Part shown: positions 28,224-37,310 of the stretch, one piece after another
How the letters are laid out: every line of letters starts with the position of its first letter
How positions within the stretch are numbered: position 1 is the stretch's first letter
Assembly (NCBI GenBank): GCA_003482855.1
Contig: DMXO01000005.1
Location: forward strand, 163,719 to 227,718
Direction of reading: 5' to 3'
From: Candidatus Magasanikiibacteriota bacterium
GTDB taxonomy: Bacteria > Patescibacteriota > Patescibacteriia > Magasanikbacterales > UBA922
Length of the DNA: 64,000 bases
The notes under the pieces: model-generated
The model's input: only the letters and a program-made list of their open reading frames with translations
What the model was told of the DNA's origin: nothing
Database searches by the model: none
Made by a program: the position numbers and the translations under genes

Positions 28224-29483
28224 ATGGAACAACAAATATATACAAGTCATCGTGCAAAAAATATAGCTTTGGTTGTTACGGGATTTTTTTTATTTGGTTT
28301 GGGTGTGGTCGTAGGTATCACACACAAAGTAAGCACAACACTATTTGATGATGAAGGAAATATACAGATCAATAAGGTAGTGGGTCTTTACAATAAAACC
28401 CATTCTTCTGAAGTTGAGTTTGAACAGTATTGGGATGTCTGGGACAAGATAAAACAAAATTATGTCAAGCAGCCAGTGGATGATGTTGCTTTGTTCTATG
28501 GTTCACTCGAAGGCCTTGTGGCAGGATTGGGTGATCCATATTCAACCTATTTTCCTCCAGCAAAGGCTCAGGAGTTTACCCGTGATTTGTCAGGGGAGTT
28601 TGAAGGAATTGGGGCCGAAATTGGATTGCGTGATGATCAATTGATTATCATAGCACCTTTGCCTGGTTCTCCTGCAGAACAAGCGGGTCTTCATACAGGT
28701 GACAAAATTATGGCAATAGACGGCCAAGATACTGTTGATATGAGCGTCGAGGAAGCAGTGCTCAAAATTAGAGGGAAGAGAGGGACAGAAGTTACCCTTG
28801 CTATTACAGACAATGGACTTGAGACATTGCATGATGTGGTGATTGTGAGAGATACGATTAGCGTGTCTAGTGTGACATGGGAGAAAAAACAAAACGATAT
28901 TGTATATCTTCGCGTGGGTTATATCAATGATAATACATGGCAGGAATTTGACAAAGCTGTCAAGGATATTTTACTTGAATCTCCCAAAGGTATTGTGCTT
29001 GATGTGAGAAATAATCCTGGTGGTTATTTGGATACCTCAGTGCGCATAGCAGCCGAATGGATTGACAAAGGTGTTATCGTGCGCGAGCGATTCAATAGTG
29101 GCAAGGAAGATACCTATGGTGCCGAAGAAGGTAAGCATAGATTTGTTGGTATACCGACCGTGGTACTTATTGATGGAGGGACTGCTTCTGGCGCAGAAAT
29201 TATTGCAGGAGCTTTGCAGGACTATGGTGTAGCGACTATCATTGGTGAGACAACATTTGGCAAAGGTTCTGTCCAGGAGTTTGAAGTGTTGTCAGATGGA
29301 TCAGCACTCAAGTTGACTGTAGCTGAATGGCTCACTCCAAAAGAGAGACAAATAAATGATGTTGGTATAACTCCTGATGAAGAAATGCAAGATATGTTCA
29401 TACAAAAGGAAGGCACAGAAGGTACTGCACCAGATGATTATATTGACAATGGGCTTGCACGCGCCATAACCATATTAGAATAA
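28224..29483 (+). CDS. S41 C-terminal processing peptidase
   Basis: DPYS, GIGAEI PDZ domain, DVRNNPGG, TASGAEI, TFGKGSVQ. Confidence 0.93.
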   Translation: MEQQIYTSHRAKNIALVVTGFFLFGLGVVVGITHKVSTTLFDDEGNIQINKVVGLYNKTHSSEVEFEQYWDVWDKIKQNYVKQPVDDVALFYGSLEGLVAGLGDPYSTYFPPAKAQEFTRDLSGEFEGIGAEIGLRDDQLIIIAPLPGSPAEQAGLHTGDKIMAIDGQDTVDMSVEEAVLKIRGKRGTEVTLAITDNGLETLHDVVIVRDTISVSSVTWEKKQNDIVYLRVGYINDNTWQEFDKAVKDILLESPKGIVLDVRNNPGGYLDTSVRIAAEWIDKGVIVRERFNSGKEDTYGAEEGKHRFVGIPTVVLIDGGTASGAEIIAGALQDYGVATIIGETTFGKGSVQEFEVLSDGSALKLTVAEWLTPKERQINDVGITPDEEMQDMFIQKEGTEGTAPDDYIDNGLARAITILE

Positions 29484-29489
29484 AATAAT

Positions 29490-29837
29490 ATGATACATGG
29501 TATCGTCATACATGGTGATGGCCTCGGGCGATCATATGGATACCCGACTGCCAATCTTGATTGCATACGCAAAGATGTAAAATTTTCGAGTGGCGTATAC
29601 GCAGCTTGGGCATTTGTCAATCACAAAAAATATACATCAGCCCTTGTTATTCAGCATGACCCATGGAAAGTTGAAGTATATATTATTGGATTTGATGGAG
29701 ATTTGTATGGTAAATATGTAGAAGTTGATCCTGTGCAAAAAGTAAGTGAGTTGGAGTGGTTTGAGACGACAGAAGAAATAATCAAAAAAATAGATCAAGA
29801 TATCGTGCTTGTGAAAGAAGTACTCGCATTGAAGTGA
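29490..29837 (+). CDS. Monofunctional riboflavin kinase
   Basis: GDGLGRSYGYPTANL, GVYAA, EVYIIGFDGDLYG. Confidence 0.85.
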   Translation: MIHGIVIHGDGLGRSYGYPTANLDCIRKDVKFSSGVYAAWAFVNHKKYTSALVIQHDPWKVEVYIIGFDGDLYGKYVEVDPVQKVSELEWFETTEEIIKKIDQDIVLVKEVLALK

Positions 29838-29859
29838 CAATTTTAGAGATGTGTAATCA

Positions 29860-29887
29860 AAATCACCCTATATTCTAGGGTGATTTG
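29860..29887 (+). terminator. Probable intrinsic terminator
   Basis: AAATCACCCTA-TATTC-TAGGGTGATTT hairpin. Confidence 0.55.
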
Positions 29888-29977
29888 TTGTGTGGACTTA
29901 AGGGTGTGTGATAAACACTCAGGGAAATATTGATAAGGTTTGCCTAAACATGCGGATTTTGATACAATAATCACATT

Positions 29978-30292
29978 ATGAAGCTTACCTCGCAAGAAAT
30001 TGAACATATAGCAAAATTAGCTCGTCTGGAGCTTACAGAAAAAGAAAAAACTATGTATGCCGAGCAACTCTCGGTTGTTTTGGATTACATTGAAGTATTG
30101 AACGAAGTAGATACCGAAGGAGTAGAGGAAACATGCCAGGTAACAGGGCTTGAAGATGTTGTTCGGGAGGATGTCGTGGAAGATTGTAGTAAAGAAGCAA
30201 GGGGAAAAATAATAAGTCAATTTCCGAGCGCGCATGGAAATTTATTGAAGGTGAAGGCTGTTTTTGATAACACTGATTCCACTGATTTATAA
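29978..30292 (+). CDS. gatC: Asp/Glu-tRNA amidotransferase subunit C
   Basis: IAKLARL...DTEGVE...REDV, upstream of gatA. Confidence 0.9.
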   Translation: MKLTSQEIEHIAKLARLELTEKEKTMYAEQLSVVLDYIEVLNEVDTEGVEETCQVTGLEDVVREDVVEDCSKEARGKIISQFPSAHGNLLKVKAVFDNTDSTDL

Positions 30293-30360
30293 AAGATTAC
30301 ACTGAAAGAAACATCAAATTGAATCAGTGAATTCATTCCCTAATCTGTGTAATCAGTGTT
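30269..30360. repeat. Inverted pair of 9-nt-period repeats (CACTGATT / AATCWGTG)
   Basis: AACACTGATT CCACTGATT ... AATCTGTGT AATCAGTGTT. Arms are 17/19 complementary. Overlaps the gatC end and abuts the gatA ATG. Confidence 0.8.
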
Positions 30361-31794
30361 ATGAATATTAACGAACTAACAATTAAACAAGCCTATGATG
30401 GTCTCAAAAAGGGAGACTTTTCTTCGGTTGAGCTTACCAAGGCTTGTTTGGCTCGGATAAAAAAGCGAAACAAAGATATCAATGCATTTATTACAGTGAC
30501 CGAAGACTTGGCTTTAGAAGAAGCACAGATAGCTGATGAAATGATTGCAAATAAAAAACAAAAAATGCTCACGGGTATCCCATTTTCTGTCAAAGATGCG
30601 ATAGATGTTGCCGATGTTCGTTCTACTGCATCTGCAAAAATTTTGGATAACTATGTTCCGTCATTTGATGCTACTGTAATTAGTAATATTCGTAAGCAGG
30701 GAGCCGTGTTAGTAGGCAAGACAAATTGTGATGCGTTTGGACATGGTGCGAGTAATGAAAATAGCATGTATGGACCAGTGCGTAATCCATATGATCTTGA
30801 TCGTGTTGCAGGTGGTTCATCTGGTGGATCTGCTGCATCTGTTGCAGATCATATGTGTATTTTTTCAATTGGTGAAGATACTGGTGGATCTATCCGCCAA
30901 CCAGCGAGTTTGTGTGGTATAGCAGGGCTTCGTCCGAGTTATGGCAGGAATTCTCGTTATGGCATTATGCCCATGGCTTCTTCGCTCGATACGGTAGGAC
31001 CTATGGCAAAAACAGTAGAAGATATTGCGATTTTGGAAGAAGTCATGGCAGGAAGAGATGAAAAAGATGCGACGACAGTTGATAACGAAGTTCCTGAATA
31101 TAGTAAACAGTTAACAGCAAACAGTAAGCAAAAATTGAAAATTGGCATTCCAAAAGAATATTTTGACTTAGAAGGAATGGACGAAGAAACAAAGACTATT
31201 GTTGAAAATAAAATTAATGAAATTGCCAAATTGCCAAATTGCCAAATTGTTGAAGTGAGTTTGCCATATACGAAGTATGCCATCCCTGTTTATTATATTG
31301 TTGTACCGAGTGAAGACAGTTCAAATTTGGGTCGCATTGATGGTGTTCGTTACGGTGTACAAGCGCAAGCAGATAATCTCTATGATGTGTATGCACGATC
31401 TCGCGCGCAAGGACTTCCTGAAGAAGTGAAGCGTCGTATTATGATTGGTACCTATGCATTGTCTGCAGGTTATTATGATGCATATTATCGCAAAGCACAA
31501 AAAGTTCGTACGCTCATTAGACAGGACTTCGAGCGTGTATTTGAAGAGGTTGATTTACTTATTACGCCGACGTCTCCATTTCCTGCTTTCAAAATTGGTG
31601 AGAAAAAAGATGATGTACTCGCCATGTATTTGGCTGATGTATTTGTTGCACCAGCTAGTGTAGCTGGTTTGCCTGCAGTTTCTGTACCCGTAGGCAATAC
31701 AAAAAGTGGCCTGCCCGTAGGGTTACAAATTATAGGAAAGAGACTTGATGAAGAACATGTACTTCAATTAGGACACACTATCGAAAGACTTTGA
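30361..31794 (+). CDS. gatA: Asp/Glu-tRNA amidotransferase subunit A
   Basis: GGSSGGSAA, DTGGSIRQPA, EVKRRIMIGTYALSAGYYDAYY. Confidence 0.96.
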   Translation: MNINELTIKQAYDGLKKGDFSSVELTKACLARIKKRNKDINAFITVTEDLALEEAQIADEMIANKKQKMLTGIPFSVKDAIDVADVRSTASAKILDNYVPSFDATVISNIRKQGAVLVGKTNCDAFGHGASNENSMYGPVRNPYDLDRVAGGSSGGSAASVADHMCIFSIGEDTGGSIRQPASLCGIAGLRPSYGRNSRYGIMPMASSLDTVGPMAKTVEDIAILEEVMAGRDEKDATTVDNEVPEYSKQLTANSKQKLKIGIPKEYFDLEGMDEETKTIVENKINEIAKLPNCQIVEVSLPYTKYAIPVYYIVVPSEDSSNLGRIDGVRYGVQAQADNLYDVYARSRAQGLPEEVKRRIMIGTYALSAGYYDAYYRKAQKVRTLIRQDFERVFEEVDLLITPTSPFPAFKIGEKKDDVLAMYLADVFVAPASVAGLPAVSVPVGNTKSGLPVGLQIIGKRLDEEHVLQLGHTIERL

Positions 31795-31809
31795 TGTTAA
31801 TAGATAATT

Positions 31810-33165
31810 ATGAAAGAAGAAAAACAAAAAAAAATTCAACAAGAATCTCAAAAGGATTTTTCATATGCCTTAAATGAGTCGGGTGATTACCGTGAGTCAT
31901 GGCGTATTTTTCGTATCATGGCAGAATTTGTTGAAGGGTATCAATTTTTGTCCAAGTTGGAGCGTGAGGTCACCGTGCTTGGGTCTGCACGATTTAAAGA
32001 AGATGATTCGTATTATCAAATTGCTCGTGACCTAGGTGTACTGCTCGGGAAAAATGGATTTACCACGCTTACTGGTGGGGGACCGGGAGTCATGGAAGCG
32101 GCAAATCGAGGTGCATTTGAAGTTGGAGGAAAGTCTGTTGGTATCAATATCCAACTTCCGTTTGAACAGCGTATCAATCCCTATGTAAGAGAGTCTACAG
32201 CATTCTATTATTTTTTTACACGAAAAGTGATGCTCACATCACCTGCGAATGCATTTGTGTATTTCCCCGGTGGGTTTGGTACCATGGATGAATTTTTTGA
32301 GGTTGTTGATCTCATGGAACTTCACAAGATGGAAAGAAGTCCTATTGTTCTTGTAGGCTCAGACTATTGGAATCCACTCATATCTTTTTTGAAAGAAAAA
32401 TCATGCGCTATTGGCTCTGTACCCTCTCGAGATATAGATGACTGGCATGTAGTAGATAGTGCGCAGGAAGCATACGCATATATCAAGGATACCAAGGATC
32501 GTAAACCTGTATGTGAACTTTCTCCCTCGAGTTTCCATTGTGAGGGTCAGGTTGATTGGAAAGTATTTCGTATTATGGCAGAGCTTGTCGAGGGTTTTGA
32601 ATTTTTGACAGGTCTTGTCGAGGATGTCACTGTTTTGGGTACCAAGAGTGTACATGTAGATTCCCAATATTATGATGCAGCATACGCGCTTGGTCAGCAA
32701 CTTGCTGAAAATGGTTTTGCAACGGTCACTGGTGGTGGTCCTGGTATTATGGAAGCAGCAAACAAAGGCGCATTTGAAAATGGTGGAGATTCTATTGGCG
32801 TTAATATGAAGTTTGGATCTCGGGAGAGGGTGAATCCGTATGTGAAGCGCGCTATTGGATTCCAATTTCCGTTTACGCGCAAGCTTATCCTCACCGCACC
32901 ATCCAAAGCGTTTGTATTTTTCCCCGGAGGGTTCGGTACATTGCACCAATTATTTGAAGTGCTCACACTTATTCAGACCAAGAAGATGCAAAAAGTACCT
33001 ATTATACTCTATGGTCACGACTTTTGGGAGCCATTGCATGGTTTTATAAAAAAGATTTTTGTACACAATTTTGAGACTATCAATGACGAAGATGATGAAT
33101 TGTACGAAATTGTGGATGATGTGTCCACAGCAATGGATATTATCAAAGAATTTAGAAAGAGCTAA
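31810..33165 (+). CDS. Tandem two-domain LOG family (TIGR00730-like) protein
   Basis: Two copies of RIMAE..EG, TGGGPG.MEAAN.GA and FPGGFGT. Confidence 0.9.
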   Translation: MKEEKQKKIQQESQKDFSYALNESGDYRESWRIFRIMAEFVEGYQFLSKLEREVTVLGSARFKEDDSYYQIARDLGVLLGKNGFTTLTGGGPGVMEAANRGAFEVGGKSVGINIQLPFEQRINPYVRESTAFYYFFTRKVMLTSPANAFVYFPGGFGTMDEFFEVVDLMELHKMERSPIVLVGSDYWNPLISFLKEKSCAIGSVPSRDIDDWHVVDSAQEAYAYIKDTKDRKPVCELSPSSFHCEGQVDWKVFRIMAELVEGFEFLTGLVEDVTVLGTKSVHVDSQYYDAAYALGQQLAENGFATVTGGGPGIMEAANKGAFENGGDSIGVNMKFGSRERVNPYVKRAIGFQFPFTRKLILTAPSKAFVFFPGGFGTLHQLFEVLTLIQTKKMQKVPIILYGHDFWEPLHGFIKKIFVHNFETINDEDDELYEIVDDVSTAMDIIKEFRKS

Positions 33166-33188
33166 TTTTCTGGTGAATGAAAAATATT

Positions 33189-33221
33189 AATCAACCCTAT
33201 GTTTCTAGAGTTGATTTTTTT
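33189..33221 (+). terminator. Probable intrinsic terminator
   Basis: AATCAACCCTA...TAGAGTTGATT followed by a T tract. Confidence 0.55.
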
Positions 33222-33265
33222 ATTATAGTTTGATATTCTGATCATACTTTAACAAGAGGTCACAG

Positions 33266-33316
33266 GGAGAGTTCGCATATCCGCCCTAGGCGGACCCGCC
33301 TGGGGCGGGGTGGTCT
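33266..33316 (+). repeat. Duplicate of the tRNA-Ser 5' end interrupted by two 15-nt GC palindromes
   Basis: GGAGAGTTCGCATA [TCCGCCCTAGGCGGA][CCCGCCTGGGGCGGG] GTGGTCT, versus tRNA 33575-33595 GGAGAGTTCGCATAGTGGTCT. Confidence 0.85.
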
Positions 33317-33325
33317 TTCTTTTTT

Positions 33326-33589
33326 ATGAATTACTACGTTTATATTATTTATAGTGATACTCTAAGAAAAAAATATATAGGATATTCAAATGATTTAAAG
33401 AAAAGATTGGCTGAACATAATTCTGGCAAAAGTGATTTTACGTTAAAAGGAATACCTTGGAGGTTGGTCTACTATGAGGTTTTTAATTCAAAGAAAGACG
33501 CGAGAAAAGAAGAGCTATTTTTAAAGACCGGCAAAGGAAGAGAAAGAATAAAATTTTTGTTACAAGATACAATTGGAGAGTTCGCATAG
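33326..33589 (+). CDS. Small GIY-YIG nuclease family protein
   Basis: YYVYII...YIGYSNDLKKRLAEHNSG...W.LVYYE...ARKEELFLK. The last codons and stop lie inside the tRNA. Confidence 0.9.
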   Translation: MNYYVYIIYSDTLRKKYIGYSNDLKKRLAEHNSGKSDFTLKGIPWRLVYYEVFNSKKDARKEELFLKTGKGRERIKFLLQDTIGEFA

Positions 33590-33664
33590 TGGTCTAGTGC
33601 GCCGCCTTGGAAAGGCGGTAGGCTCGAAAGGGCCTCGAGGGTTCAAATCCCTCACTCTCCGCCA
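33575..33664 (+). tRNA. tRNA-Ser(GGA)
   Basis: Acceptor GGAGAGT/ACTCTCC, anticodon arm CCGCC-TTGGAAA-GGCGG, long variable arm, GGTTCAAATCC and encoded CCA. Confidence 0.96.
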
Positions 33665-33713
33665 ATTTTGCACAAACATATAAGTCTTTAGTCATCTTGT
33701 TTTTATATATTTT

Positions 33714-34247
33714 ATGAGAACTGTGGATTCAATAGCACATATAATAGAACAAGATATTTGTAGTAGTGAAGATGTATACCATGAGTATATAGAGAGGTTG
33801 AGAGAAGGATTACTAACGCGCGATGAAAATTCACAGAATCATTTTTGTGTTTATTTTTTGCCTTATAACATACAAGTCAAAAAGGTATTCCTAGTACATC
33901 ACAAGAAATCTGGTTTGTGGTTATCGCCAGGTGGACACGTTGATAAGGGAGAAACTGTTTTTGAATCATTGAATAGAGAGATTCATGAGGAACTCGGAGT
34001 AAAAGATTTTTTTAAGGATATTCAGATACCATTTTTTTTGACTATTACTCCAATAGAAAATCAGAAACAACCATGTAAAAAACATTTTGATGTTTGGTAT
34101 CTGGTACCAACAGATGGAAAGAATTTTATTATTGACTCTCAAGAGTTTTTTGATACCAAATGGCTTACGGTAGAAGAAGCAAAAAAAATAGTAATTAATC
34201 CACAAAATATCAGTGCGTTAAAAATTTTAGAGAAAATTTTTGGTTAA
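33714..34247 (+). CDS. Nudix hydrolase
   Basis: HHKKSGLWLSPGGHVDKGE...REIHEELG, HFDVWY. Confidence 0.88.
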   Translation: MRTVDSIAHIIEQDICSSEDVYHEYIERLREGLLTRDENSQNHFCVYFLPYNIQVKKVFLVHHKKSGLWLSPGGHVDKGETVFESLNREIHEELGVKDFFKDIQIPFFLTITPIENQKQPCKKHFDVWYLVPTDGKNFIIDSQEFFDTKWLTVEEAKKIVINPQNISALKILEKIFG

Positions 34248-34353
34248 GTATTGCTAATTTCTATCATACATATTGTTTACATACGTTATATTGACACTAA
34301 ATTTATTTCATATTACACTAAACTTAGTTTTATTTACATAATTTATTGAGTCT

Positions 34354-34770
34354 ATGACAAAAGAAGCATTTATTGCAGAACTCAACAAAGACCTAGAATG
34401 GGAATATGCTGCTGCAGTCCAATACGTACAACATGCTACAGCTATCACTGGTCCAGAGTATGATGCTATTTCCAAAGAACTGATAATTCATTCCAACGAA
34501 GAAATGGGACATGCAGTACTGATTTCCCAACTCGTCTGTGATCTTGGGGGTGTGCCTACTATCAATGTCGAGGAGAGACTTGTTTCAGAAGATTCCAAAC
34601 ACATGCTTGAACAGGATCTCGGCGGAGAAGAGCTCGCTATATCTCGCTACAAAGAGCGTATAAAACAAGCTGACGAGATGGGCGAGTATGGCGTCCGTCG
34701 CGTACTCGAAGATATTCTTATGGATGAAGAAGAACATCGTAGAGATCTTCTCAGCTCTCTTGGACGTTAA
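34354..34770 (+). CDS. Ferritin-like (bacterioferritin-type) diiron protein
   Basis: EYAAAVQY, EEMGH, E.AISRY, DEEEH ferroxidase-type motifs. Confidence 0.85.
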   Translation: MTKEAFIAELNKDLEWEYAAAVQYVQHATAITGPEYDAISKELIIHSNEEMGHAVLISQLVCDLGGVPTINVEERLVSEDSKHMLEQDLGGEELAISRYKERIKQADEMGEYGVRRVLEDILMDEEEHRRDLLSSLGR

Positions 34771-34823
34771 ATTTTTATCATCAAAAAAGACGACCATGGT
34801 AAGGTCGTCTTTGTTTTGTTTGG

Positions 34824-35615
34824 TTATCTTTTGAATATGAGAAGTATTGATGACAATATAAGATGTAAGAATGATAACATGAGCGCATATATAAAAATTG
34901 CTATCAAAACTCCCATATATTGGGTTACTTTGAGTACATAATGGGTGATATCTACTCCGAGAGATAAGGTGATTGCATTGATCACTATTGCTACTACTAC
35001 CAGCCATGCGAATCCTTTCCACATGCCTTTTTGATCTTGTCCGCTTGGTGCCATGTGAGAACTAATAGCAAACGATACATACAAAAAAAGCCAAAAATTC
35101 CATGTAGATATATTTGTAGAAGAAAATAAATTTTTTAGAGATGATATAATTGCGTGTATAAGTCCTGATATAGTTTGTGTATTTTCTGCCAAAGGTTGAA
35201 ACACATCTTTTCCATTTGGTACAAAAAAATATAGAAATATGATGAGTACTAGAGATCCAAATATCATGGGCGCAGCTCCAATGAAAAAATTGCCAATTCG
35301 TTGGTAAAGACTCTTGGGATTGTATAGGTGATCGACATGTCCAAGGTTGCCTGACGCTTCATCTGGTCTGAAAATAGTAATATTGGTTATCTTGTGTCGG
35401 AATAGCTTGGCAAAAAAAGCGTGGCCAATTTCATGGATAGGTGTGCCAATCCATGCAGTCCAGAGGATTCCTTTCCATCCGAGCGTACGTCGGTAATTTG
35501 TATGTGTCCAATATTGGAGTTTGGAATGTACAAATCCGAGTATAAAAAAAATGCCAAGTACACCTATAATTTGGAAAAATACCGCAGTGATGAGTGTGAT
35601 GAGGTATGTTTGCAT
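34824..35615 (-). CDS. Membrane protein with HExxH motif (M50-like metalloprotease)
   Basis: GTPIHEIGHA, LGHVDH, FIGAAP, PSGQD and several TMs. Confidence 0.65.
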   Translation of the reverse strand: MQTYLITLITAVFFQIIGVLGIFFILGFVHSKLQYWTHTNYRRTLGWKGILWTAWIGTPIHEIGHAFFAKLFRHKITNITIFRPDEASGNLGHVDHLYNPKSLYQRIGNFFIGAAPMIFGSLVLIIFLYFFVPNGKDVFQPLAENTQTISGLIHAIISSLKNLFSSTNISTWNFWLFLYVSFAISSHMAPSGQDQKGMWKGFAWLVVVAIVINAITLSLGVDITHYVLKVTQYMGVLIAIFIYALMLSFLHLILSSILLIFKR

Positions 35616-35713
35616 ATAGTGAGCAATAAACAGTGAATAGATTTATTTACCGTAATATAGTATATCAGATTTAGTTGGAACTTGAAATTTTTGAGGTATT
35701 ATGATATTTTATT

Positions 35714-36370
35714 ATGTATATGGTAGAAGATATTACAATTTATGAAGTACGTGAGCCAGAAATCGCGTTCCCTATGGATCGTGATAAATTTTATGATGAA
35801 CAAATAAAAACTATCAAAAAAACCGGCAAGGCGGATAAAATTGTTGAAGTCGTTGCTGTTTTGCTGTTTAACAAAGACCGTGAAATTATTTTGCAAAAAC
35901 GTTCACATCATAAAATTCATAATCCTTTTCTTATAGATAAGGCTATTGGTGGCCATATTACCTATGGCAACTCACCAGGTTATACTGTAATGGTTGAAAC
36001 AGTACAGGAGTTGCGTGTGCCATCTATTGTACTTCGCAATGAAGGTGATTTCAAAAAGACTTATAAATTATTAGAGACGTACCTTGATAACATTGCTGTC
36101 ATTGAAGAACTCGATCATAAAATTTTTGAATTAGAAAGAGTCATTGGTGGTGAAAAGTATAGTATGCCGCACAAGGTTCATCTCTATATCGGAGTCTATG
36201 GCGGAGCTACGAAAGCTGTCGATAGAGAGGCGAGTGGTGTATTGAATTATGGCCTTGATATTTTGAAAAAAGAAATGGATGCACAACCGCAAAATTTTAC
36301 TGGGGATTTGCATTTTTATTTGAAAAGATACGAAAAGGAAATTAAAAATTTTTTACAACATTTTGACTAA
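35714..36370 (+). CDS. Nudix-fold (IDI/YfcD-like) protein with degenerate Nudix box
   Basis: IILQKRS..K..NP..IDKAIGGHI...VETVQEL. Confidence 0.7.
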   Translation: MYMVEDITIYEVREPEIAFPMDRDKFYDEQIKTIKKTGKADKIVEVVAVLLFNKDREIILQKRSHHKIHNPFLIDKAIGGHITYGNSPGYTVMVETVQELRVPSIVLRNEGDFKKTYKLLETYLDNIAVIEELDHKIFELERVIGGEKYSMPHKVHLYIGVYGGATKAVDREASGVLNYGLDILKKEMDAQPQNFTGDLHFYLKRYEKEIKNFLQHFD

Positions 36371-36383
36371 TTTTGAAGAGGTT

Positions 36384-37034
36384 ATGTCTGAAATCATCAC
36401 TACATATCAACTCACTGATCTTGATCAGCAAATCCCGATGGATCGAGATGAATTTTATGATGATCAAATTGAGGTGTACAAAAAGACTGGCAAGCCAACA
36501 CGAGCCGCGGCGATTGCTGATATTTTTCTTTTTACTCCAGAAAGCGATGTTATTTTGCAAAAAAGATCATATCGCAAAAAACACAACCCCGGACTTTTAG
36601 ACAAGACCATGGGCGGACATATAAAATTTGGTGATACACCCAATTATACAGTCATGGTTGAAACATTGGAGGAATTAAATGTGCCGTCTATTGTTACATT
36701 TGATTTTGATGAATTCCAAAAGACTTATAAACTTTTGAAAAGTAAAATCGGCACTACCGCTATACTGCAGTTTATTGATAGCCATTCAGTAAATCTAGAA
36801 AAGATATTTGGAACTGAAAAAGTTTTGATTGGTAACAAATATTTTTTTTATTTGGGTATTTATAACGGTTCACTCAAGCCTGCTGATAGGGAAGCGGCTG
36901 GTTTGATTTTTATTCCGTACGATCAGTTGCAAGAAGAAATACAAAAAACACCAGAACTATATTCCGCTGACGTGAAATTTTTTTTGAGCAAATATAGTAG
37001 TGAAATAGAGAAATTTTTGAAGAATCTCAACTAA
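36384..37034 (+). CDS. Nudix-fold (IDI/YfcD-like) protein, tandem paralog
   Basis: VILQKRS..K..NPGLLDKTMGGHI...VETLEEL. Collinear with the preceding gene (PMDRD.FYD.QI). Confidence 0.7.
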   Translation: MSEIITTYQLTDLDQQIPMDRDEFYDDQIEVYKKTGKPTRAAAIADIFLFTPESDVILQKRSYRKKHNPGLLDKTMGGHIKFGDTPNYTVMVETLEELNVPSIVTFDFDEFQKTYKLLKSKIGTTAILQFIDSHSVNLEKIFGTEKVLIGNKYFFYLGIYNGSLKPADREAAGLIFIPYDQLQEEIQKTPELYSADVKFFLSKYSSEIEKFLKNLN

Positions 37035-37077
37035 TATAGAGTAAATATAACTTGAATAAACTTGAATAAATAGACCC

Positions 37078-37106
37078 TTGACAAAGGTCTATTTTTGTGA
37101 TAAAGT
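37078..37106 (+). promoter_or_regulatory. Sigma70 promoter embedded in an inverted repeat
   Basis: TTGACA-17 nt-TAAAGT with extended TG. The -35 sits in the loop of AAATAGACC...GGTCTATTT. Confidence 0.55.
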
Positions 37107-37310
37107 CATGTATCTTTAAATCTTATGAATTTTCCTTTTGGCTCGCGCAGAGAGTTTTTGTTATATACAAAGAAAATACATAAGATTTACTTCTACAATC
37201 TAGTAGTAACAACCAAAAGAATTCCGACTCGATCGGGATTCTTTTTTTCTTCTTTCTGCGGGGTCCAAAAGGTTTGGGCTCTTTTTTAGATTTCCGCACG
37301 GAGGAAACTC

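Noticed and set aside
29978-31794. gatCA without adjacent gatB
   Set aside because: Operon splitting is common, and gatB may lie outside the window.
37049-37070. Direct repeat AACTTGAATA x2
   Set aside because: Only two copies in AT-rich DNA, compatible with a simple duplication. Cannot be supported as an operator.
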